A stretch of DNA of 63,759 nucleotides from Candidatus Magasanikbacteria bacterium CG10_big_fil_rev_8_21_14_0_10_36_32 (GTDB lineage: Bacteria > Patescibacteriota > Patescibacteriia > Magasanikbacterales > GWA2-37-8): assembly GCA_002778465.1 (NCBI GenBank), contig PFBV01000004.1, forward strand, positions 35,943-99,701. The letters run 5' to 3'. The stretch's first letter is position 1. Every line of letters begins with the position of its first letter. The notes beneath the pieces were generated by a model. It was not told where the DNA came from and made no database searches. It worked only from the letters and a program-made list of their open reading frames with translations. The position numbers and the translations under genes were made by a program. Positions 1-9,388 of this stretch are shown here, piece by piece.

Positions 1-22
1 TGATCCATATTTACAGTATCGT

Positions 23-712
23 TTGGAGGTGGCCAAGAACCATCATGTTTTAAGAACGATTGAAGTTCGTGCTTCTTTGCCAGAATGTGAGTCAAATAAG
101 AATTTACCTAATCCGTCGATTGAAGGCAGTATTGAAGAATTTGCTTGGAGTGAAACATCAGTAGAAAATATCATTAATGCTTTTGATAATGAATATATTA
201 AAATTGAATTTTTTAATGACGACACAATGCGGATAGAATTTTTACCGGTTAATAATTTACCAAAAGAGTTGGGTCATGTTACTGAGTTGGAGATTTTTTT
301 AAAAAATTTAAAAAATAATAAAATATTTGGTTCGGCGGATGATGATAAATTAACATATTTACAGACCGTAGATTTTGCAGTTGAAGGTTATATGGATGAT
401 GAGAGGGAGGGAAAAGAGTACGGTCGTATCTATATTGATAGTGGTAAATTAGCAGCACAAAGAAATGTATATTTGGATCCAGAATCTCTTCATATTACTG
501 ATTATGAATATGGTTTGAGTTATTGTGTAAAAGGCGGTATGCCAATGAATGTGATTTCACGCATTGAAGTGATTAAGGCAAAAAAATTTAACGACTCATT
601 AAATAGTAAGAGTAGTGATTATTTGATAAATGATAAAAAGACAGCCGAACAACATATGTCCGCTCAAAGTGAGCGATTGAAAAAGTATTTAAAAGCAAAA
701 TTGTTATTTTAA
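23..712 (+). CDS. hypothetical protein, possibly 5'-truncated by window edge
   Basis: 229-aa ORF with host-like AT-rich codons. The frame has no stop back to nt 2. No motif recognised. Confidence 0.45.
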   Translation: MEVAKNHHVLRTIEVRASLPECESNKNLPNPSIEGSIEEFAWSETSVENIINAFDNEYIKIEFFNDDTMRIEFLPVNNLPKELGHVTELEIFLKNLKNNKIFGSADDDKLTYLQTVDFAVEGYMDDEREGKEYGRIYIDSGKLAAQRNVYLDPESLHITDYEYGLSYCVKGGMPMNVISRIEVIKAKKFNDSLNSKSSDYLINDKKTAEQHMSAQSERLKKYLKAKLLF

Positions 713-722
713 AAAATAAAAT

Positions 723-1286
723 ATGAAAAAAGTATTTATTATCCATGGTTTTGAGGGAAGCCCGAATGGCGGATGGCGGCCTTGGCTTATGGGCGAACTG
801 GAAAAATTGGATGTTTACGCTTGCGCGCTGGCCATGCCCAGTCCGGAAAATCCCATTTGCAGTGAGTGGGTGGAGGAAATTTTCCGGCACACTGAACGAA
901 ATAAAAATGATGAAATTTATCTGGTTGGCCACAGCTTGGGCGTGCCGGCCATTTTGCGTTATTTGGAATCCGCGACGGCCGGAATAAACATTGCCGGAGC
1001 GGTTTTAGTTTCAGGACCTTGTGAAAAAATTAAAGATAATAAAAAGATAGAGAATTTTTTGGAAAAACCCTTTGATTTCAAAACCATTAAATCCAAAGCG
1101 AAGAAATTTACAATTATTCATGGTGATAATGATCCGGCTGTACCATTTAATCATGCGGAAAAATTATCAGATGAATTAAATGGTAAATTAGTTACCATTT
1201 CAAACGGTGGACATCTTAATGGTGGAAGTGGATGGTATAAACTTCCGGAATGTTTTGAGTCTCTTCGTATAATGATGAGCCTTTAA
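723..1286 (+). CDS. alpha/beta-fold serine hydrolase (YdeN/RBBP9-like)
   Basis: 187 aa with the nucleophile elbow GHSLG. IIHGF near the N-terminus and IIHGDNDPAVP...GGH near the C-terminus give a triad-like layout. Confidence 0.7.
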   Translation: MKKVFIIHGFEGSPNGGWRPWLMGELEKLDVYACALAMPSPENPICSEWVEEIFRHTERNKNDEIYLVGHSLGVPAILRYLESATAGINIAGAVLVSGPCEKIKDNKKIENFLEKPFDFKTIKSKAKKFTIIHGDNDPAVPFNHAEKLSDELNGKLVTISNGGHLNGGSGWYKLPECFESLRIMMSL

Positions 1287-1313
1287 AAGGCTCATTGTTT
1301 AAAAATAAATATT

Positions 1314-2765
1314 ATGGCAGAAGGTGTAATTTTAAGGTTTGACAATGTAACATTTGAATACGCAGAAAAAAAGCCCGTCCTTGATGAGGTGGGTTTTTGC
1401 GTGCACAAAGGTGCAAAAATAACTTTGATGGGACAAAATGGCGCCGGAAAAAGTACAATATTTAAATTAATAAAAGGTGAAATAAAACCGACTAAAGGCA
1501 ATGTTTTTATTACCAATAATGCGACTATTGCCACAGCCCTACAGATGGTTGAAAAACAAGATTTAAATTTAACCGTTGAACAGTATTTTGAAAAAGCTTT
1601 CAGCAGCGTGCCTGGCAATATTAAAAGCCAAATAAGCAAAGCAATGAATGCTGTTGATTTAACCGTGCCGATTGACAGGAAAGTAGGGGATTTATCCGGC
1701 GGACAACAGGCCAGAATTTTGTTGGCTTATGCCCTAATACAAAATCCTGATATTTTACTTTTAGATGAGCCGACGAATAATTTAGACAAAGCTGGTATTG
1801 ATCATCTGATAGAATTTTTAGTTATGTATAATAAGACAGTGATGGTCATTTCTCATGATGCTGATTTTTTAAATTGTTTTACCGAGGGAGTTATTTATCT
1901 TGATGTTTTTACCAAGAAGATAGAAACTTATGTTGGCGATTATTATTCGGTGGTGGAAGAAATAAATGACCGGATTGAAAGAGAAATAAAGAAAAATGCT
2001 CAATTGGAAAAAGAAATATTGGACAATAAAGAAAAGGTAAACTTTTTTGCCAACAAAGGTGGTAAAATGCGCAAGCTGGCCAGTAAATTAAAACAAGAAA
2101 TTGAAGAATTGGAAGAAAACAAAGTGGATGTCCGGCGTGAAGATAAAACTATCAGAGAATTTGATATTCCAGATCAAGGAATCGTTGGTAATGTGGTGGT
2201 TATAAAGTCGATAAAAGTAATTAAAAATCATGAGCCGGTAATAAAAAAAGTGGATATTTTATTAAGACAAAAAGATAGACTTTTAATTTTCGGACCAAAT
2301 GGTATTGGTAAGAGTACTTTGCTCCGTTCTCTACTTGATAATATCAATAAAGGTGGTACGATCTTAAAAGATACTAGGGTAGGTTATTATAGTCAGGATT
2401 TTTCTACCTTGGATTATGAGCAAACGGTTTTTGATTCTTTAAAAAGCGCCCTAACTGAGGGAGTAGATATTCAAGAAATGCGTTCTGTTGCTGCTGGTTT
2501 TTTAATTACCGGTGAATTAATGGGACTTAAAATTTCTGATTTATCGGAAGGTCAGAAAGGTTTGTTGTTTTTTGCACGGCTGGTATTAATGAAACCCGGT
2601 CTTTTAATTCTTGATGAACCGACCAATCATATCAATTTCCGCCATATTCCGGTCATAGCCAAGGCTATAAATAAATATGATGGCGCGATTATTCTTATTA
2701 GTCACATGCCAAATTTTGTAAAAGAAATTAAATTTAACAAAGAACTTAATTTGGGTAAGTTGTAG
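1314..2765 (+). CDS. ABC-F family ATPase (two ABC domains, no TMD)
   Basis: Walker A GQNGAGKST and GPNGIGKST; signatures LSGGQQ and LSEGQK; Walker B LLLDEPTN and LILDEPTN. A charged linker separates the two domains. Confidence 0.85.
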   Translation: MAEGVILRFDNVTFEYAEKKPVLDEVGFCVHKGAKITLMGQNGAGKSTIFKLIKGEIKPTKGNVFITNNATIATALQMVEKQDLNLTVEQYFEKAFSSVPGNIKSQISKAMNAVDLTVPIDRKVGDLSGGQQARILLAYALIQNPDILLLDEPTNNLDKAGIDHLIEFLVMYNKTVMVISHDADFLNCFTEGVIYLDVFTKKIETYVGDYYSVVEEINDRIEREIKKNAQLEKEILDNKEKVNFFANKGGKMRKLASKLKQEIEELEENKVDVRREDKTIREFDIPDQGIVGNVVVIKSIKVIKNHEPVIKKVDILLRQKDRLLIFGPNGIGKSTLLRSLLDNINKGGTILKDTRVGYYSQDFSTLDYEQTVFDSLKSALTEGVDIQEMRSVAAGFLITGELMGLKISDLSEGQKGLLFFARLVLMKPGLLILDEPTNHINFRHIPVIAKAINKYDGAIILISHMPNFVKEIKFNKELNLGKL

Positions 2766-2830
2766 ATAATTTAATTAAAATTAATTATTAATTAAAGAAC
2801 AGTCCCACATTTGCGGGTTTGTTTTATTTT

Positions 2831-2857
2831 GCACCATTTTAATCGCCTCATTCGTAC
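2831..2857 (+). promoter_or_regulatory. ECF-type promoter-like motif GCACCA-N15-TCGTAC (copy 1)
   Basis: tGCACCAttt...aTTCGTACTAA lies about 90 nt upstream of the 2951 ORF. Copy 2 has the same blocks at the same spacing. Confidence 0.55.
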
Positions 2858-2950
2858 TAACTAGTAGAGATAACTAAAATCAAGAATTTATTTAAAAAAA
2901 TATTTAAGTAAGGTAGAACTTTAATTAAATAAAATTATAAATTAATAATT

Positions 2951-3592
2951 ATGAAAAATAAAAAATTGTTTCTTTCAATTGTAATTATGGCCGTGATAAT
3001 TTCCGGAGTGAGTATTGCAAGCGTGGCTTTGGCCAACACAACAAAAAACAATTCGGTTAAATTCGGATCACGTGGGCAACATCAATTTGGCGCGATGGAC
3101 AAAGAAATTATGACCGGCCAACTCGGAAAAGGTACGAGGTCGATTAATGTTGAAAATAATGACAAAAGAGAATTACATGGAGAACCCTGCAATCAACAAA
3201 AATATGGTATGAGGGGCAAAGTAACCGCCATCAGTGGAACAAGTATTACTTTGACCGGCAAACAAGGTTTTAACAAAGATGTTGCTAATATTATTTATAC
3301 CGTTGATGTCAGTAATGCCACGGTTAAAACATTCGCTAAGGGAGATGATGATAAACCCTCCGTGGTTGTTATTACAGTGGCTGATATTAAAGTGAATGAT
3401 ATGATTATTGTTCGGGGTGAAATGAATGATGCCGCCATTGTTGCTACAGAAATTATGATTGGCCAACCAGGAAAAGGACCGGGTCTGATGAACAGTGAAA
3501 TAAGAGGGCGAATGTTAATGCGCGCGAACAATGTTAAAGGTAAAAATTTTTATGATCCAAAATTAGTAGATGATAACGAGATAGTCAATTAA
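2951..3592 (+). CDS. secreted/membrane-anchored protein with DUF5666-like beta domain (paralogue 1)
   Basis: N-terminal hydrophobic signal. It shares the G.V..I.....L.V / D[IL].VGD.IIV.G....D..I.A..I pattern with the ORFs at 5087 and 9389. Confidence 0.55.
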   Translation: MKNKKLFLSIVIMAVIISGVSIASVALANTTKNNSVKFGSRGQHQFGAMDKEIMTGQLGKGTRSINVENNDKRELHGEPCNQQKYGMRGKVTAISGTSITLTGKQGFNKDVANIIYTVDVSNATVKTFAKGDDDKPSVVVITVADIKVNDMIIVRGEMNDAAIVATEIMIGQPGKGPGLMNSEIRGRMLMRANNVKGKNFYDPKLVDDNEIVN

Positions 3593-3625
3593 TAAATAAT
3601 TTTTAGAAAATATAAAGTAATATAG

Positions 3626-3665
3626 AATTGTTAAAATCCTCTGAAATACGAGGATTTTAACAATT
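3626..3665. repeat. perfect 16-bp inverted repeat (hairpin, 8-nt loop)
   Basis: AATTGTTAAAATCCTC (3626-3641) pairs with GAGGATTTTAACAATT (3650-3665). No T-tract follows. Confidence 0.8.
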
Positions 3666-3675
3666 AAAGCGCGAT

Positions 3676-3702
3676 GCACCATTTGATAGTATTTATTCGT
3701 AC
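3676..3702 (+). promoter_or_regulatory. ECF-type promoter-like motif GCACCA-N15-TCGTAC (copy 2)
   Basis: Same -35-like and -10-like blocks and spacing as copy 1. It lies about 30 nt upstream of the ATG at 3731, ahead of the sigma gene. Confidence 0.55.
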
Positions 3703-3730
3703 TAATTATAGCCGAATATTTAAGTTTTTT

Positions 3731-3952
3731 ATGGAGTTTAAAAATCAGATGAGTGAATATAAGTATTTGAATAATTTAAAAGCAGAACAAATTAAAGCCG
3801 GACGAATTAGGGCTATTTTTTGGATTATTGTGATAGGATTGGCTATTTGGTTAGGAATTAAATTAATTATCACTAATGATAATTTAGAATATCAAAATAA
3901 AAATTCTGACTTGGCACAAAAAGTTGACAGTAATAAAGAATCCATTAATTAA
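3731..3952 (+). CDS. small single-pass membrane protein
   Basis: 73 aa counted from the internal ATG, because the 3674 start overlaps the promoter motif. One hydrophobic helix, IFWIIVIGLAIWLGIKLII. Confidence 0.4.
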   Translation: MEFKNQMSEYKYLNNLKAEQIKAGRIRAIFWIIVIGLAIWLGIKLIITNDNLEYQNKNSDLAQKVDSNKESIN

Positions 3953-4035
3953 GTGTATTTATAAATTAAAAGTCGCTTACTTGACCGGAAGTTTGTTCGG
4001 AGGATATTATAAAGGAATAACTTTTACAGTTTTTT

Positions 4036-4605
4036 ATGGAAACTCCAAATATACTTGAAGATATAGATGATATAGTTGGATATCTCAAGGGAAATGAATC
4101 TTCGTTTGCTAATTTGGTTCGAAAATATCTTCGGCCAATTTATAATTTTGTTTATAGGTATGTTGGCAATGCTCAAGAAGCTGAGGATGTTGTTCAAGTA
4201 ACTTTTGTTAAAGTTTGGAAAAATATTAAAAAATTTGATCAAACAAGAAGTTTTAAAACTTGGATTTTTAATATTGCTAAAAATACTGCTATTGATTTTT
4301 TACGAAAGAAGAAAACAATACCTTTTTCAGATTTTGAAGATGATAATGGAAAAAACTATCTTGAGGACAATTTGTCTGATGTTACTCCGTTACCACCAGA
4401 ACTGTTTGATCAAAAAGATTTATCTCAACATTTGACATTAGCAATGCAAAAGTTAACTCCGAAGTATCAAGTGGTTTTGTCCTTGCGTTATATTGAACAG
4501 CTTACTTTTCAAGAAATTGCTGAAGTATTGGGCGAACCAATGAATACGGTTAAAAATCGTTGTTGGCGTGCTGTCGAGATGCTTCGTCAACATCTTATAT
4601 TATAA
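4036..4605 (+). CDS. ECF (group 4) sigma-70 family RNA polymerase sigma factor
   Basis: Region 2 (..AEDVVQVTFVKVWKNIKKFD..FKTWIFNIAKN) and region 4 HTH (LTFQEIAEVLGEPMNTVKNRCWRA). 189 aa. Confidence 0.85.
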   Translation: METPNILEDIDDIVGYLKGNESSFANLVRKYLRPIYNFVYRYVGNAQEAEDVVQVTFVKVWKNIKKFDQTRSFKTWIFNIAKNTAIDFLRKKKTIPFSDFEDDNGKNYLEDNLSDVTPLPPELFDQKDLSQHLTLAMQKLTPKYQVVLSLRYIEQLTFQEIAEVLGEPMNTVKNRCWRAVEMLRQHLIL

Positions 4606-4608
4606 ATT

Positions 4609-4635
4609 GCACCAATTATCCTGTGTTTAACGTAA
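4609..4635 (+). promoter_or_regulatory. weaker third copy GCACCA-N15-ACGTAA
   Basis: Lies between the sigma stop (4605) and the anti-sigma start (4653), with the same 15-nt spacing. Confidence 0.35.
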
Positions 4636-4652
4636 TAAAAATATAGAATCAT

Positions 4653-5081
4653 ATGCATCAAGATTATGAAAAATTGTTCAATTATGCGGAAATGCCGATA
4701 ATGTCGGCTAATCTTTTTGATTCTGTAATGAATAGAATCAAAGTCGAAAGTAAAGCGGTGAAAATTAGAAAAAATTTAATTATTTTTTCCGTGGCGTCAA
4801 TTTGTTCTTTATCCGCTACGGTGGTGATGGTAGTAGTAACCCAATCGGATTTTTCTCAATCCGGTTTTTGGCAATTTTTTTCTTTGTTATTTTCTGATTT
4901 TGGATTAATGATGAATTATTGGCAGAATTATATATTATCTTTATTAGGAGCTTTTCCGGCAACCAGTATGATTTTATTGTTAGGTTCCTTGTTGATTTTT
5001 GTAAAATCATTGGCCGCGGTAATTAAAAATTTTAAAAAATATCAATCATATATAAAGTTTAATTTAATTCATAAAATATAA
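4653..5081 (+). CDS. putative anti-sigma factor (multi-pass membrane protein)
   Basis: Immediately downstream of the ECF sigma gene. Short cytoplasmic N-terminus followed by hydrophobic helices. No HxxxCxxC zinc motif. Confidence 0.45.
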   Translation: MHQDYEKLFNYAEMPIMSANLFDSVMNRIKVESKAVKIRKNLIIFSVASICSLSATVVMVVVTQSDFSQSGFWQFFSLLFSDFGLMMNYWQNYILSLLGAFPATSMILLLGSLLIFVKSLAAVIKNFKKYQSYIKFNLIHKI

Positions 5082-5086
5082 AAAAT

Positions 5087-5599
5087 ATGACCATAGACAC
5101 TAATCAAATTTTTCAATCAAAAATTTTTAAAGGAATCGTTATTGGTATTGGCGTTCTTTTTGTTTTATCAATTGGATTTAAAGTAGGTTTTATTATTGGT
5201 GTAAAAAAGGCTGACTTCTCATGCCGTTGGAGTGATAATTATCAGCGTAATTTTGGCGGACCGAAAGCGGGCATATTAGTTGGTTTTAAAGGCAAGGAAT
5301 TTGTTGATGCTAATGGAACAGTCGGACAAATTATTAATATAAACAGCTCCACTTTAGTGGTGAAAGGTGTTAATGATGTTGAGAAAATAATTTTGACTGA
5401 TGATGCCACCAGTATTCAACGATTTAGAGATACAATTAAAATTGATGATTTGACGGTTGGTGACAATATTATTGTGATTGGACAACCGAATAATGATGGT
5501 CAGATTGAAGCTAAATTTGTTCGGGTTATGCCCACAGTTAATGAAGTTAATTCACAAAATATGTTACCTCCGCCAGACATGATGCTGTTTAAACGTTAA
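5087..5599 (+). CDS. membrane-anchored DUF5666-like protein (paralogue 2)
   Basis: N-terminal TM helix. GTVGQIININSSTLVVKG...IKIDDLTVGDNIIVIGQPNNDGQIEAKFVRV matches the pattern of paralogue 1. Confidence 0.55.
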   Translation: MTIDTNQIFQSKIFKGIVIGIGVLFVLSIGFKVGFIIGVKKADFSCRWSDNYQRNFGGPKAGILVGFKGKEFVDANGTVGQIININSSTLVVKGVNDVEKIILTDDATSIQRFRDTIKIDDLTVGDNIIVIGQPNNDGQIEAKFVRVMPTVNEVNSQNMLPPPDMMLFKR

Positions 5600-5627
5600 T
5601 TTAGGATTTATTTACCCATTGTTATTT

Positions 5628-7394
5628 ATGAAAAAATTTTTATATTGGATTGTGCGGCACAAAATTTATACTCTGATTATATTAATAATTTTTGGTGTAG
5701 GTGGATATTTTTGTTGGCAGAAATTATTTCCCAGCACGACAAGTGTTCGATATGTTACAGCTAAGGTGGAACGGGGAATATTAACAACCAGTGTCAGTGG
5801 CACAGGTTCTATTTCTGTATCAAATCAAATTGATATTAAAGCAAAAGTTTCCGGCGATTTAACTTATGTGGGAGTTAAAGTTGGACAGGATGTTCAAGCA
5901 GGACAGCTTTTGGCGCAACTTAATGCCCGAGATGCTTTAAAAGCTATTCGTGATGCGGAAGATAATTTAGAAACAGCTAAATTAACAATGGAACAGTTGA
6001 AAGAACCGGCAGACACATTAACTCTTTTGCAAAGCGAAAATTCTTTAATTTCAGCTCAGGAATCTAAAAATAAGGCGGAAGATAATTTAATTAAGGCATA
6101 TGAAGATGGTTTTAATGCAGTGGCCAACACTTTTTTGTCTTTACCTTCTATAATCACCGGCTTAGACAGTTTCTTTTTTGATAATAATATTGATATAACC
6201 AAACAGAATAGCGAATGGTATGTGTTGCAAACTTCCCCAGCTATTGAAGGAGAAAGAGAAAAGGCCGAATTGTATAAAAATAATGTTAATAATACTTTAT
6301 CCGTCGCTCGCGTTGCTTATACTAATAATTTTGATAATTATAAAGCTGCTTCAAGATATTCAAGCGATGAAACAATAGAAGCTTTGATTAAAGAAACATA
6401 CGAAACAACAAAACTTGTTGCTGATACTATTAAGATAGCCAGCAATTTCGTAGATTATGTGCGTGATATCATGGCAGATGATGGTACAACTATTCCAGCC
6501 GGAGTTACTACTCATCAATCAACCCTTAATTCATATACCGGAACATCTAATAGTCTTCTATCAAACTTATTGTCTGCCAAAACCACTATCCAATCTAATA
6601 AAGATTCCATTATCTCGGCTGAAAGAAGTATTGTGGAAAAAACAGAATCATTAGCTAAAGTACAAGCGGGCCCTGATGCGTTAGATGTTCGTTCGCAAAA
6701 TCTTAAAATCAAACAATGCGAGAATAGTTTGACTGAAGCCAAAGAACAATTATCCGATTACTATGTTAGAGCGCCGTTTGCTGGAATTATTGCCACGACT
6801 GATATTACAAAAGGTGATGAAATTTCTTCCGGCGCGATTGTGGCCACGTTGATTACTAAGCAAAAAATTGCCACTATCACACTTAATGAAGTTGATATCG
6901 CAAAGGTTAAGGTGGGTCAAAGAGTAATTTTTACTTTTGATGCTATTGAAGATTTAACTGTTACAGGAGAAGTGGCGGAAGTAGATGTGCTGGGTACTGC
7001 CAGTCAAGGAGTAGTTAGTTATGATGTTATTATAGCTTTTGATATACAAGACGAAAGAGTTAAATCTGGTATGAGTATTAGTGCTAATATTATTTTAGAA
7101 AGCAAACCGAACGTATTGATGATTACCAGTTCGGCCATTAAAACACAAGGTGGCGCCAGTTATGTGGAAATGTTAAATGAAGGAGGGGGTGTTGTACAAA
7201 AAACAATTACTACTGGAATTTCAAATGATACTATGACGGAAATATTAAATGGTGTAAATGATGGTGATGAAATAGTTACTCAAAAAATTACGATTGGCAA
7301 CAGTGGAACAGTGTCTGGTTCTTCAGTAACTAACAGTAATAGCAAATTGGATAGTGGACCGTCTGGCGGCGGAATGATGATGATGATGCGTTAA
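5628..7394 (+). CDS. HlyD/MacA-type periplasmic adaptor (membrane fusion) protein
   Basis: N-terminal TM helix, lipoyl-like hairpin motifs (IKAKVSGDL...V.AGQLLA, YVRAPFAGII), a long coiled-coil insert and a C-terminal beta domain. Ends in GGGMMMMMR. Confidence 0.8.
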   Translation: MKKFLYWIVRHKIYTLIILIIFGVGGYFCWQKLFPSTTSVRYVTAKVERGILTTSVSGTGSISVSNQIDIKAKVSGDLTYVGVKVGQDVQAGQLLAQLNARDALKAIRDAEDNLETAKLTMEQLKEPADTLTLLQSENSLISAQESKNKAEDNLIKAYEDGFNAVANTFLSLPSIITGLDSFFFDNNIDITKQNSEWYVLQTSPAIEGEREKAELYKNNVNNTLSVARVAYTNNFDNYKAASRYSSDETIEALIKETYETTKLVADTIKIASNFVDYVRDIMADDGTTIPAGVTTHQSTLNSYTGTSNSLLSNLLSAKTTIQSNKDSIISAERSIVEKTESLAKVQAGPDALDVRSQNLKIKQCENSLTEAKEQLSDYYVRAPFAGIIATTDITKGDEISSGAIVATLITKQKIATITLNEVDIAKVKVGQRVIFTFDAIEDLTVTGEVAEVDVLGTASQGVVSYDVIIAFDIQDERVKSGMSISANIILESKPNVLMITSSAIKTQGGASYVEMLNEGGGVVQKTITTGISNDTMTEILNGVNDGDEIVTQKITIGNSGTVSGSSVTNSNSKLDSGPSGGGMMMMMR

Positions 7395-7425
7395 GATTAA
7401 ATTAAAATAAAAAATTAAAGACGGT

Positions 7426-8112
7426 ATGATTAAGTGTGAGAATGTCACTAAAATTTACCACACAGGGGGAAATAAATTACCTGTACTTCGCGATATAAGT
7501 TTTGAAATACAAAAAGGCGAGTTTGTGTCCATTATCGGTCCGTCTGGGTCTGGTAAGTCAACTCTAATGAATATTTTAGGAGCACTAGATCGTCCAACTG
7601 CCGGTAATTATTTTTTGGGTGATAAAAATGTTTTTGAAATGTCTGATGATGAAATGGCGGAAATTCGTTCGCAAAAAATAGGTTTTGTTTTTCAATCATT
7701 TAATTTGTTGTCACGTTCAACCGTGTTGCGCAATGTAATGTTGCCATTAATTTATAATAATCAGATTTCCAAAACCGCCAGGCGAGAAAAGGCTGAAATT
7801 GCGCTAAAGGCCGCTGGTTTGGAAGAAGATCGTTGGACACACTTATCCAATGAATTATCTGGTGGACAAATGCAACGTGTAGCTATAGCCAGAGCTTTAA
7901 TTAATGATCCGGGAATTATTTTAGCAGACGAACCGACAGGAAATTTGGATTCTAAAACAGGAAAGATTGTTTTAGAAACTTTTGGACGACTTAATAAAGA
8001 AGATGGTCATACTATTATTTTAATAACCCATGATCATCATGTGGCTGAATATGCGGATAGAGTAATTGAAATTAAAGATGGCATGATTGTGTCCGATAAA
8101 AAAATAAAATAA
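7426..8112 (+). CDS. MacB/LolD-type ABC transporter ATP-binding protein
   Basis: GPSGSGKST, LSGGQMQRVAIARAL, ILADEPTGNLD. Confidence 0.9.
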   Translation: MIKCENVTKIYHTGGNKLPVLRDISFEIQKGEFVSIIGPSGSGKSTLMNILGALDRPTAGNYFLGDKNVFEMSDDEMAEIRSQKIGFVFQSFNLLSRSTVLRNVMLPLIYNNQISKTARREKAEIALKAAGLEEDRWTHLSNELSGGQMQRVAIARALINDPGIILADEPTGNLDSKTGKIVLETFGRLNKEDGHTIILITHDHHVAEYADRVIEIKDGMIVSDKKIK

Positions 8113-8119
8113 ATTTTCT

Positions 8120-9349
8120 ATGCTTATTTCCGATTTATTTGAAGAAACAATATTTTCATTATCATCTAACAAATCTCGTTCAGCTTTGACTATTTTGGGT
8201 ATTGTTATAGGCATTGCTTCGGTGATTGCCATGATTTCTGTCGGACAAGGTACTGCCGCCGGCATTACCGAAAGGGTTGAATCTTTGGGTACTAATTTGT
8301 TGGTGATAATGCCGGGTTCACAGAAACAGTCTGGCGCGGGGAATATAGTTAAGGGTGGCATGGGTTCGGCAACTACTTTACAAACAGATGATGCTGAAGC
8401 AATAAAAAATGAAGTAATGGAAATTGATGCGGTAGCCCCAACTGTCAGTTCGCGAAAACAGGTGACGGTTAAGGGTCAGAATACAAATACCAGTATCTAT
8501 GGTATTGATGGAAATTATTTTAAAATTAAAAATATTGAAATCGAAATAGGTTCTAGCTTAACTGATCAACATATAAAATCAAAATCAAAAGTGGCAATTT
8601 TAGGTCCAACTACCCGTGATGATTTATTTGGCGAGAATACTGATCCAACCGGACAAAAAATTCGTATTAGCGGACAGGAATATTCGGTTATTGGTGTTAC
8701 TAAAGCCAAGGGCGGAACAGGTATGGGCAGTTCTGATGATTTAATATATATACCACTCAGTACAGCTCAACAATATATTACTGGCAGTCAAGCTGTATCC
8801 AATATTAACATTCAGGTTTCTGAAGCTGATTTGATGACGTATGTGCAGGAACAAATAACGGTTTTATTATTAGCAAGACATAAAATCAGTGATTCTACCA
8901 AAGCTGATTTTAGCATTATGAATCAGGCAGATATGTTAGAAACCATGTCATCAATTGCTGATACTCTAACTATTTTACTCGGGTCAATTGCTGGAATTTC
9001 TTTGGTGGTGGGTGGAATAGGTATTATGAATATGATGTTGACTACTGTAACCGAAAGAACCAGAGAAATCGGTTTACGCAAATCATTGGGAGCGAAACGT
9101 CGCGATATTAGTAGTCAATTTTTAGTTGAGTCGGTTACCTTAACATTTATTAGCGGTATTATCGGAATAATTGTTGGTTGGTTGGCGGCATGGCTAATAA
9201 GTAAGTTTGGCGACACAACTACAACTGTTACACTCTATTCCGTTTTATTGTCTGTTGGCATGTCTGCTTTGATTGGTATTGTATTTGGTTATTATCCTGC
9301 GAGAAGAGCGGCCAAAATGGATCCGATTGAAGCATTGAGATACCAATAA
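8120..9349 (+). CDS. MacB/FtsX-family ABC transporter permease
   Basis: 409 aa. TM1, a large extracytoplasmic domain, then three C-terminal TM helices (FtsX-like; ..ERTREIGLRKSLGA..). Confidence 0.88.
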   Translation: MLISDLFEETIFSLSSNKSRSALTILGIVIGIASVIAMISVGQGTAAGITERVESLGTNLLVIMPGSQKQSGAGNIVKGGMGSATTLQTDDAEAIKNEVMEIDAVAPTVSSRKQVTVKGQNTNTSIYGIDGNYFKIKNIEIEIGSSLTDQHIKSKSKVAILGPTTRDDLFGENTDPTGQKIRISGQEYSVIGVTKAKGGTGMGSSDDLIYIPLSTAQQYITGSQAVSNINIQVSEADLMTYVQEQITVLLLARHKISDSTKADFSIMNQADMLETMSSIADTLTILLGSIAGISLVVGGIGIMNMMLTTVTERTREIGLRKSLGAKRRDISSQFLVESVTLTFISGIIGIIVGWLAAWLISKFGDTTTTVTLYSVLLSVGMSALIGIVFGYYPARRAAKMDPIEALRYQ

Positions 9350-9388
9350 TTATTTTTTTTAATTTTTAAATATTTTTTATTTAATACT

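Noticed and set aside
2804-2817. CCCACATTTGCGGG after the ABC-F gene as a member of the CGCAAAATG hairpin family or a terminator
   Set aside because: The stem is only 3 clean G:C pairs plus a mismatch, with a 2-nt loop if extended. That is too weak to call, although it resembles the reverse complement of the 51881 element.
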